Shown here piece by piece: positions 51,535-60,301 of a stretch of 64,000 nucleotides of DNA. The stretch spans positions 736,001-800,000 of the forward strand of contig CAWJCS010000006.1 of assembly GCA_963841435.1 (NCBI GenBank), written 5' to 3'. The DNA is from an uncultured delta proteobacterium (GTDB taxonomy: Bacteria; Myxococcota_A; Polyangia; Polyangiales; Polyangiaceae). Within the stretch, counting starts at the first letter, position 1. Each line of letters starts with the position of its first letter. The translations under genes were made by a program, and so were the position numbers. Under the pieces are notes generated by a model, which saw only the letters and a list, made by a program, of their open reading frames with translations, was not told the origin of the DNA and ran no database searches.

Positions 51535-53239
51535 ATGGCCAAGTCCAGCGATCCTCGAGCTCTGGAGCTACTGAACGCCGTGGAACTAGCCACCCCCTTC
51601 GGGTGCGACGCCGCTGCGCCGCACGTCGAAGAGCTGACGGCGCTCGTCAACGCGTGGTCGGAGCCCGAGGCCCGCCGGCTGCTCGATACGCTGCGAAAGA
51701 GTCGCTGTTTCGACGCAATGCTGCGCGCTTGTGATGCGCTTCTTGCAGCGGATGCGGAGTTTCCCTACCTGCGCCGGCAGTATGCGCAGGCAATGATCGA
51801 GAGAGGGCTCTTCACGCAAGCGAAGCGTGAGCTCACGAGCCTGCTCGCGGATCTGCCGGAGGCGACCGCCGCAGAGCACGCCGAAGGACGCCGCGAGCGT
51901 AGCGAAGCTCTCGGCCTCTTGGGTAGACTCCACAAGCAGACGTTCGTGGCACAGGTTGCGAACGCCCCGCGCGCGGCGCGCGAGCTCAACGCAGCAATCG
52001 AGTGGTATGCCACGGCGTACCGCGACGATCCGGCGTGGCACGGCGCAAACCTCGTCGCGCTCCTGCATCGCGCCGAGCGCGATCGCATCCCGCTCCAGTC
52101 GGGCCGCCGCTCGGAGGACGCCGCCAGGGCGCTGCTGAAGGATCTGGGTGCGCCGAGCCGTGCTTGGTCTGCCTGGACTTTTGCCGGAGCGGGCGAAGCC
52201 TACCTGGCGCTCTCGGACTGGGGAAATGCCCGCTACTGTTACGGCCGATTCGCCCAACACGAGTCCGTCGATGGGTTCGCGATTGCGGGCGCAACCCGAC
52301 AGCTGCGCGAGATCTGGCTCGTGGACCCGGACGACAGCGAGCCGGGCGCGATTCTCACTGCGCTCGAGGCGCGTATCCTGTTCAACGGGGCGCGGCGGCG
52401 GGCTTTCGTCTTCGCCCGAGCATCTCGAACGCTTGCTTACCGCGCTGCGCCGGGCGAGCGCCGGACCGCAGGAGGCGCTCGAGGCAATCCTCGGCGAGAC
52501 TCGGGAGATCTCGATTCACGATGTGCTCGGCTTGCTCGACGTGGCTCGCGTGGTGGGACAGGTCGTCAATCGGTACCAATTCGAAAAGCGGATCCCCACC
52601 GGTGGCACGGGCTTCTTGATCGATGGTGGCGCCCTCCGGGAGGACTGGCGTGGACGCACGCTACTGCTCACCAATCACCATGTCCTCAGCAAGGACGGGG
52701 CGGACGGGAGCGTGGCCGGCGCCGACGCCGACGTACTCTTTCAATTCTGGAATGGCACCCGCAGCGTGAGACGGTTCAGAGTCGGTGAGATCGTCGCAAC
52801 GTCGCCGAGGGCGGATTGCGACTTCGCCCTGGCCGCGCTCGAAGGCGACCGTGCCGAGCTCACCGAGCATCACCCCGTGCTGGAGATGGGCGCGAACGCG
52901 CTCGGCCCGCGCGGGAGCAAGCCAAAAGCGCGGATCTACGTGGTGGGTCACCCCAGAGGGCGCGGTCTCGAATTCAGCTTGACCGACAACGAGGTCCTCG
53001 ATCACGAGCTTGCCACGGGCGGCGTCCCGCGCCGTCGCATTCACTACCGGGCTCCCACGGAAGAAGGCATGTCCGGAAGCCCGGTCCTCGATGCCCAGCG
53101 GCTCCGTGTCGTGGGACTGCATCGTTCGAGCACGAGGTCTCCACTCCTCGCCACGGACGGACCGGCGGGCTACCGCGCGAACGAAGCCATCTGGATCGGC
53201 TCGGTGAAGGAAGCCTGCCTACGGGTCCCAAACAGCTAG
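51535..53239 (+). CDS. TPR-like helical domain fused to a trypsin-like serine protease; apparent frameshift near 52390
   Basis: EALGLLGRLHKQ, GANLVALL and AGEAYLAL helices, then in another frame GTGFL, TNHHV, DFAL, GHPRG, GMSGSP (His-Asp-Ser triad). Confidence 0.8.
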
Positions 53240-53317
53240 ATCAGGCGGGACCGCCCTTTTCGGGGCGAGCGAGCCATCGGGTAAGCTCGGCGAGCTCGCG
53301 CCCCGCGAGCTCGAGTC

Positions 53318-54571
53318 ATGGCGACGACACGCATCCTCGTGAGCCACCCCGCGGGACCACTCGGGGAGTCCCTTGGTGATCGAGCGCAGATGGCGCTCGA
53401 GAAGGCCTTCCCCGACGCCGTGGTCGTCGCCTCGCACTCAGTGCCCGCGGGTGAGGTCGAGTCCGACGCGGAAGCGGAGCGCTTCGATCTGGTGGTCGTG
53501 CTGATGGATGCCGAGTGGGTCTCGACGTTCGCCAGCCGCCCGGATGATGGGGTTCTTAGGACCGTCGAATGGGCGTTGGCGCGCGGGTTCCAGCTGTCGC
53601 CCGTACTGCTCGACAACACGGAACTGCCCGCGGAGAGTCTGCTCCCCGAGAGCATCCGCGGCCTTTGGGCCTACAAGCACCATCGCCTGCGCAGCCGCGA
53701 TGAATTTCGCACCACCATGACGTCGCTCGTGGGTGGATTGAGGCGCGGGGCCCTGGCCCGGCAGGAAGCTCGAGGTGCCCGACGGCGACGGACGCGGCTT
53801 CTCGCCGTCGGCGTGACCGCGGCAGCCATCGTCGCTGCCACGATCGTCGTGGCGCCGGCAGGTCGCGGACCGCTTCCCGACGCGGCTCTTGCAGCGCTCG
53901 ACGACGCCGGTGCTCCGCCTCCGACGGCCGGGCCGCCGCCGCCAACCACCGCCCCGTCCGAGACCTCGTCCTCGTCGCCGGCCACCCCACCCCCGTCGGA
54001 TTCCGGGTCGAAAGCGGAGCCGAAGGAACAGACTTTCAAGCGCTCGCCGCCGCCCCCCGCCAACGTGGTCCGTTCCGAAGTGGCCGCCGCAGGACCCGAG
54101 ACCCCGTCGAAACCGCCGACGGACGAGGACTGTCGCAACTCGTCCGGGTGCCGCCAAGCGGCCCGCTGCACCGCGAAGAACGGCCGCTGCGAGCGAGCGT
54201 CGGACGCGGACTGTGAGCGCTCGGAGCTCTGCAAGAACGGCGGGTTGTGCGTGTTCCACTACGACCGCTGCGCGACGAAATCGCACGAAAGCTGTCGGCG
54301 CTCGGCGTACTGCGCGAGCCAGGGCTTTTGCACCGCCAAGGACGGCCTCTGCCAGCGCCTCTCGAGCGAGGACTGCCGGCGGTCCGCGCTCTGCAAGCAC
54401 GACGGGCAGTGCTCGCTGGCGAGCGAAGTCTGCGTTGCCCGCTCCGACTCGGAGTGCCGAGCGTCGGAACTATGCGCGCAGGAGGGCAAGTGCGTCGCCT
54501 ATCAATCCGTGTGCGTCACGGCCGAAGCGAAGAAGGCTCGACTCGACGCGGAGGCGGCGCTCTTCGACTAG
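53318..54571 (+). CDS. Divergent TIR-like domain + TM helix + Pro-rich stalk + 5 Cys-rich repeats
   Basis: ILVSH, VVVLMDAEW..DDGV..PVLLD..LPESI align with the neighbouring TIR; RRRRTR then a hydrophobic helix. Confidence 0.7.
   Translation: MATTRILVSHPAGPLGESLGDRAQMALEKAFPDAVVVASHSVPAGEVESDAEAERFDLVVVLMDAEWVSTFASRPDDGVLRTVEWALARGFQLSPVLLDNTELPAESLLPESIRGLWAYKHHRLRSRDEFRTTMTSLVGGLRRGALARQEARGARRRRTRLLAVGVTAAAIVAATIVVAPAGRGPLPDAALAALDDAGAPPPTAGPPPPTTAPSETSSSSPATPPPSDSGSKAEPKEQTFKRSPPPPANVVRSEVAAAGPETPSKPPTDEDCRNSSGCRQAARCTAKNGRCERASDADCERSELCKNGGLCVFHYDRCATKSHESCRRSAYCASQGFCTAKDGLCQRLSSEDCRRSALCKHDGQCSLASEVCVARSDSECRASELCAQEGKCVAYQSVCVTAEAKKARLDAEAALFD
54118..54520 (+). repeat. Protein-level 27-aa Cys repeat x5 (C-x5-C-x5-C-x6-C)
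   Basis: e.g. SDADCERSELCKNGGLCVFHYDRCATK, SSEDCRRSALCKHDGQCSLASEVCVAR. Confidence 0.85.
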
Positions 54572-54654
54572 CCGGCGCGACAAAACTACTAGTGACGCGC
54601 GGCTCCACCGCACCTAGCATCCGGCGGGCGGAGTCGCCCCGCAAGTTTGGACTC

Positions 54655-56413
54655 ATGGCGATCTTCATCTGTTACCGCCACAGCGAGCTGGGTGATGCCG
54701 TCACCGGGCGCATCCAGGATTGGCTCGAACACAGGTTCGGTGCGGTGAAAGTCGTTCGGGACGTTCGAGCACGTCCCGCCCGGCGTGGGTTTCGCCGAGC
54801 AGCTCGAGCGCGCACTGGCTTCGTGCCAGGCGCTCCTGGTCGTCATCGGAGAGGACTGGTCGCTCGAGCGCCTGCAGTCGCCAGACGACTTCGTGCGCAT
54901 CGAAGTCGAATCTGCCGTCGCGCACGGCGCGTCGCTGATCCCGGTGGTGCTGCCGGGGGCGAAGGTGCCACCCCCCTCCGCGTTGCCTCCCGGCATGCAG
55001 GCACTCTCGGCGAGCGAGGCTTACCCCCTGCGCCTTCCGAAGTCGGAGTTCTCGGCGGACATGCAGGCCATTCAAAAGGCGATCGCGCCCTCGCTCCGTC
55101 CGCCGCCCCGCGAGCTCTGGCGTCGCCGCGTCCTCATCGGCGCCCTCGTCCTTTCGACGCTCGCTGCCACGCTTGCCGTCGCGTTTGCGGCCGTCCGCTT
55201 GCTCCCGCGGGTCCTCGCGTCCTTCTCCGGGTCGGCGGGTGCCCGCCCCGACCCAGCTCCCCCCGTCGAGCGGCTTACCGTCGAGCCAACGAGGCCGGAT
55301 GCCTCGCCAGCGCCGGTGGCCGCCACTGGAGCACCGCCGACCGCCCATGGCCCCGCGGCGCGACCCGCGATACCGCCTTTTGCGCCAGCCGGAGCGGCGC
55401 GGGCGACTCGCACCATTCCTGGCGCCATCGCGGGCGATACGTCGTGCCTCGACTCGACGCTATGCAAGGAGAGCGGCCTGTGCGTTTCCGTGAAGAACGA
55501 CGGTGGGGGCGCGGCGTCCGTGATCTGTGTCGCCGGGTCCGACCGCGACTGCAGGGCCACGACCGAGGCTTGCCCCATCTACGGTCAATGCAGCCTCGGG
55601 GAGCGACGCTGCATCGCGAAGTCGGACGCGGACTGCCGAAACGCGAAGGTCTGTGCGCAGCAGGGAGAATGCAGCGCTTCAAACGGTTTCTGCGTCGCGA
55701 CCGCCGACGCCGACTGCAAACGGTCGGTGGCCTGCCACCTCGAAGGTTCCTGCACGGCGAAGGATCGCCGCTGCGTCGCCGGCTCGGACGAGGACTGCCG
55801 CGCGTCTGAGCTGTCGTGCCAGAAGAGGGGCAAGTGTACGGCCAAGAACGGGGTGTGCATCGCCGCCGCACGGGCGGACTGCGTGGCGACCCTCGATTGC
55901 AAGGAGCGGGGATGGTGCACGCCGATCGACGGCGCGTGCCATGCGGGCTCCGACGCCGATTGTCGTGAATCGAATCGGTGTCCCGCCGACGCCCTATGCA
56001 GCCTGGCGCGGGAGGGCAGCTCACCCTCCTGCAAGATCAAGTCGAACGAAGACTGCAAGCGCTGGGTGAAGTGCAAGGAAGTCGGGAAATGCAAATGGAC
56101 GGGCCAGGAGAGCTTCACGGCGGTCAACGTCTGCTACCCGGGCTCGGACGCGGATTGCCGGCGTTCGGTCGCCTGCAAGAAGGACGGGCGCTGCGTGATC
56201 GACAAGCTCGAGCCGCAGACGTGCACGATGCCGCCGCCGCCCATCATCGACGGCGATGCCCCGAGGGCAGGAAAGCCTGCCGGTGCTTCGAAGCAACCCG
56301 CGCCATCCACTAGCGACGGGACCACGAGAACCGCATTCGAGAAGGATCGCAAAAACAACAAGGCCGAAGACGAGCCGCCCGACGGGCAGGCCTCCGAGCC
56401 GAAGAAGGAGTGA
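54655..56413 (+). CDS. TIR (TIR_2) domain + TM helix + Pro-rich stalk + 9 Cys-rich repeats; apparent +1 frameshift near 54764
   Basis: MAIFICYR..VRDV|EHVPPGVGF..LLVVIGEDW..DDFVRIEV..LIPVVL, TM after RRR, SDADC repeats. Confidence 0.8.
55435..56228 (+). repeat. Protein-level Cys repeat x9, same family as in the upstream gene
   Basis: e.g. SDADCRNAKVCAQQGECSASNGFCVAT, ADADCKRSVACHLEGSCTAKDRRCVAG. Confidence 0.85.
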
Positions 56414-56544
56414 CGCGGACGGCGGATCGCCGCTCCCGATGACCCACCCGCGGCCGGAAACCGAAAACGCAGTCAATTCATGACTTCAGCGGGTCTCGTG
56501 ACCGAGCGGCAGGGCCTCGGACCACCTTTCCATGCTGAGGCACC

Positions 56545-58299
56545 ATGATATCCCACCCGATCGCCCGACGACTGCTGGAGCTCCTCTTCGCCGCCGGCCT
56601 CCTTCTCGGGGCGCGGAATGCCGCGGCCACCGACTACTACGTGGCCACGACCGGCGACGATTCGAACGCCGGCACCAGCATCGATCAGCCGTTTGCCTCG
56701 CTGCAGCGAGCGCACAGCGCCGTCATGGCGGGCGACACCGTGTACATCCGCGGTGGGACGTACGCGATCGTCACGCCCGCCACGTCCAGCGCGGGGGTCT
56801 CGATCACGAAGAGCGGGACCTCGGACACGAACCGCATCAAGTTCTGGGCGTACAACGGCGAAGTGCCGGTGTTCGACTTCGCGATGCTCCAGATCTCCAC
56901 GAACGGCTACACGAACGGCTTCACCGTGAGCGGGAGCTTTCTCCACTTCAAGGGGCTCGAGATCAAGAACGTGCCGATGAACACCAACTCGAACAACGGC
57001 ATGTCGTCGAGCGGCAGCAACAACGTCTTCGAGCTCATCAATTTCCACCACAACAACGGCACCGGCCTGTTCATCAACGGTGGCATGGGGGGCAACCTCA
57101 TTTTGAACTGCGATTCCCACGACAATTACGACCCCACCTCTTCGCAGGGCGACGGGCAGAACGCCGACGGCTTCGGTGTGCACTACCAGATGAGCGGCGC
57201 GAGCACGGTCATCAGCGGTTGCCGCGCGTGGTGGGACTCGGACGACGGCTACGATCTCATCAACCACGAAGTTCCGGTCACCATCGAGAACTCCTGGGCC
57301 ATGGGCAACGGCTACATCAATTCGGGTGCCGCGCGGCCCGCCGACGGAAACGGCAACGGCTTCAAGGCGGGGAGCAGCAAGACCGGCGCCCGGCACATCA
57401 TCCGGAATTGCCTCGCCTGGGGGAACGTCGCGTCCGGCTTCTACGCCAACCATTCCTTGGGCGGGAACACTTGGTACAACAACACCTCGTACCGAAACGG
57501 TACGCAGTACAACATGCTCGCGACCGACCCGACCGACTCGACCGGCGTCAAGGTCACCCTGATGGGTGACAAGGTCCACATCATGCGGAACAACATCGGC
57601 TATCCCAACAAGAACAGCAACATGGAGGGCGTCGACACGGCGCAAAATAGTTGGGATCTCGGTATCACGCCCGCCGACAGCGACTTCGTGAGCGTGAGCG
57701 ACATGGGCTTCAAGATGGCCCCGCGTCAGGCGGACGGGAGCCTGCCGAACCTGGACTTCATGAAACTCAGCGCCACGGGCAACATGATCGACAAGGGCGA
57801 GGACGTGGGCCTGCCTTACGCCGGCACCGCGCCCGATCTGGGCTGCTTCGAAACGGGCCTGCCGAGCGGCGGCACGGGTGGATCTGGAGAGTCTGGAGCG
57901 GGCGCCGGGGGAACAGGAAACGGCGGCGCCGAGACTGCGGGCGGCGGGGTGGGCGGAGCGACGGCCGGTGCCCCGGCGACGGGTGGCTCCAACATGGGAG
58001 GCGCGTTCACGGGCGGCGCGGGATCGAACGCGGGTGCAACTGGGGCGGGCACGGGTGGCGCCGGCGGCAGCGGCGGCGCCAATGCCGGAACCGGGGGCAG
58101 CGTTGTCGCGAGCGGCGGAACGAGCACGGGCACGGCCGGTGCGTCGGGCGCGACGGCAAGCGCAGACTCCGCATCGGATCAAGCTGGCTGCGGCTGCGAG
58201 CTCGTGGGCCGCCGAAGCAGCTCTTTTGGTGCCGCGCTCGCCGCGCTACTACTGGTTTCGCTCGGCGCGCGCCGACGCCGCTCGATCGACACGCGCTAG
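56545..58299 (+). CDS. PL9-like right-handed beta-helix polysaccharide lyase with MYXO-CTERM-like tail
   Basis: YYVATTGDD, AGDTVYIRGGTY, NADGFG, SDDGYD, GNGNGFK, APDLGCFE; GCGC, TM, RRRR. Confidence 0.85.
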   Translation: MISHPIARRLLELLFAAGLLLGARNAAATDYYVATTGDDSNAGTSIDQPFASLQRAHSAVMAGDTVYIRGGTYAIVTPATSSAGVSITKSGTSDTNRIKFWAYNGEVPVFDFAMLQISTNGYTNGFTVSGSFLHFKGLEIKNVPMNTNSNNGMSSSGSNNVFELINFHHNNGTGLFINGGMGGNLILNCDSHDNYDPTSSQGDGQNADGFGVHYQMSGASTVISGCRAWWDSDDGYDLINHEVPVTIENSWAMGNGYINSGAARPADGNGNGFKAGSSKTGARHIIRNCLAWGNVASGFYANHSLGGNTWYNNTSYRNGTQYNMLATDPTDSTGVKVTLMGDKVHIMRNNIGYPNKNSNMEGVDTAQNSWDLGITPADSDFVSVSDMGFKMAPRQADGSLPNLDFMKLSATGNMIDKGEDVGLPYAGTAPDLGCFETGLPSGGTGGSGESGAGAGGTGNGGAETAGGGVGGATAGAPATGGSNMGGAFTGGAGSNAGATGAGTGGAGGSGGANAGTGGSVVASGGTSTGTAGASGATASADSASDQAGCGCELVGRRSSSFGAALAALLLVSLGARRRRSIDTR

Positions 58300-58496
58300 C
58301 ACTACTGTCAGAGTCTTGGAGGAACAGCTCACGATCCGGCAGAGAGAACATGAGCCACGAAAGCAACTGGCGCGGCCAGCGGGCGGCCGTCTACGAGCAC
58401 GAAATGGACGCAAGACGTGGGCGCCGCCGTCCGAAAAGTTCGCCGCTCGCCAATCTGCGAATTTCTCGAAGGAAACGCGAATCTCTGACAGTAGTG
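58300..58496. mobile_element. MITE-like element, copy 2 (197 bp)
   Basis: Same 14-bp TIR, flanked on both sides by CTAG (58296-58299 and 58497-58500). Confidence 0.88.
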
Positions 58497-58528
58497 CTAG
58501 GTAGGCGTTTCCCGTGCGCTCGCGTGGA

Positions 58529-58996
58529 CTACTCCAGCAGGCTCCGCAGCATCCACGCCGTCTTCTCGTGCACCTGCATGCGTTGCGTGAGTAGATCGCA
58601 CGTCGGTTGGTCGCTCGCCTGCTCTGCGGCCTTGAAGATCTCCCGTGCCGTGCGCGCGACCGTCTCGTGCGCCTCGACGAGGCGCCGAATCATGTCCTGG
58701 GCCGCTGGTACGCCCTCGTCTTCCGTGATCGCCGAGAGCTCGGTGAATTGCTTGTAGGTGGCGGGCGCCGCGAAACCGAGCGCCCGAATGCGTTCGGCGA
58801 CGAGGTCGACCGCGAGCGCGAGCTCGTTGTACTGCGTCTCGAACATGAGGTGCAGGGTCTGGAACATGGGCCCCGTGACGTTCCAGTGAAAATTGTGGGT
58901 CTTGAGGTAGAGCGTGTAGGTGTCGGCGAGGACGCGCGACAAGCCTTGCGAGATCTCTTCACGCTTGGCGGCTTCGATCCCGATGTCGATGTTCAT
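58529..58996 (-). CDS. dps: Dps family DNA-protecting ferritin
   Basis: [42 protein letters not shown]. Confidence 0.95.
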   Translation of the reverse strand: MNIDIGIEAAKREEISQGLSRVLADTYTLYLKTHNFHWNVTGPMFQTLHLMFETQYNELALAVDLVAERIRALGFAAPATYKQFTELSAITEDEGVPAAQDMIRRLVEAHETVARTAREIFKAAEQASDQPTCDLLTQRMQVHEKTAWMLRSLLE

Positions 58997-59048
58997 CTTG
59001 GACTCTTTGGTGTGTTTGCCTATTGTCGTGGGTGACGCTGGCGCGGGC

Positions 59049-59717
59049 CTACCTGGCATGGATCAGGAGCCCGGACTGGTGGCCGGACGGCGCTGGCGCG
59101 AAGTGGAGAGTGTGCCGGCGCTCGTGATGCTCACGGTGCTGCTCGCACCAGAGCTCATTGCCGTACGTGGCTCGCCGTGTCTCCACACACTGCGGACATG
59201 GCGGCTCGATTTTCGGGACGCCCGCATCTGGAGGGCGGACGACGAGGACGTCGCAGGGGGCGAGCCTCACCGTCGCTTCGGCAACCGAGCCGAACACGAA
59301 CCGCCGAGCCCCGCGGTGTCCGTGCGTGCCGACAATTACGAGCTTTGCGTCGAGGTCGGACGCGAGCTGGGCTATCGACTCGGCTGCGGGCTCGAATCGG
59401 ATGTGCGTCGTCAACCGCTTGAATGACGGCGGCGCGGAGTGCGTCTCCCGCCAGCGCCGAACGACTTGCTCGACGTGCTCACCCAGGTGCACTGATGGCC
59501 GAGTCAGGTCGCCGCTCGAGGCTTCGCCTGGGGAGGCGAGTGCACTGGCGCCAGGCAAGCTCGAGCTTCGTGCTTCGGCATGTACGACGTGCAGATGGGT
59601 TTGCCGGTGGGCCGCGGCCAAGTCGCAGGCTCGCTCAAGCGCGAGGTCGCTCAGCGCGGAGAAGTCGATGCCAACAACGATGGCAAAGGGCTCTTGTTGG
59701 GATTGGGTCTCATTCAT
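59049..59717 (-). CDS. Universal stress protein with C-terminal Cys/His extension
   Basis: [29 protein letters not shown], then CPQC..WCEQH. Confidence 0.9.
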   Translation of the reverse strand: MNETQSQQEPFAIVVGIDFSALSDLALERACDLAAAHRQTHLHVVHAEARSSSLPGASALASPGEASSGDLTRPSVHLGEHVEQVVRRWRETHSAPPSFKRLTTHIRFEPAAESIAQLASDLDAKLVIVGTHGHRGARRFVFGSVAEATVRLAPCDVLVVRPPDAGVPKIEPPCPQCVETRRATYGNELWCEQHREHHERRHTLHFAPAPSGHQSGLLIHAR

Positions 59718-59733
59718 GTTTTGCTCTGGGGAC

Positions 59734-59750
59734 TGCACGATCGGTGCCAG
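59734..59750 (-). promoter_or_regulatory. Possible sigma54 (-24/-12) promoter for usp-dps
   Basis: CTGGCACCGATCGTGCA on the minus strand (GG-N10-GC), but very close to the ATG. Confidence 0.45.
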
Positions 59751-60193
59751 AGACGCCCGACACGCGAGCGGACGGCCATTTTTGCCCCGCGGTGTCCCTT
59801 TGTGGGCGCAAGGCACTCGCTTCTCGGTCATCGCGGTCGCTCCCGCCCACCGTCATCGAATTGAGAGACCGGCCTCATCACTCTGATTGAATGGCCTCGG
59901 CCCGCAGAGCTGTGGCGCTTTCGGGCCCCGGGTGTGGCGCGAATCCGCACATCACGAGGCCGAGAAAATGCCGACCGCAATTTCTCCGGAGCACCGCTGA
60001 AGCTCCTTCGAAGACGGTGTTCGGTGCCGGTCGCAGCGCCGGCACCCGTGAGAGGGGAAGGTGGCGACAAACTGAGCGCATGGCTTGCGCGATTTTTGGT
60101 GCGAGAACGCTGGTCCACGCAGGATCTTCTGGGAATGCACCGACGGTGTTCCCGGCGCTCGTCCTCCCGAGGGAGCGGCGCCGTCTTGGGTCG

Positions 60194-60210
60194 TGGGCAC
60201 GGGACTTGCG
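60194..60210 (+). promoter_or_regulatory. Sigma54 (-24/-12) promoter for the glgP operon
   Basis: TGGGCACGGGACTTGCG (GG-N10-GC), close to the TGGCACG-N4-TTGC consensus, about 90 bp before the ATG. Confidence 0.65.
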
Positions 60211-60301
60211 TTAACTGGGCATGCCCCATGCCCCAGGGGAGGTAGGTCCATGGCCGGAGAGACGCGGCTGCCGCGGATAGCCCCGATTGCGTTCAACGAC
60301 C

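Noticed and set aside
54740-54790. Programmed ribosomal frameshift in the TIR gene
   Set aside because: No slippery heptamer or homopolymer; the same single-base pattern appears in unrelated genes
49181-58500. Composite transposon formed by the two MITE copies
   Set aside because: Each copy has its own CTAG-type flanks, so independent insertions explain the data equally well
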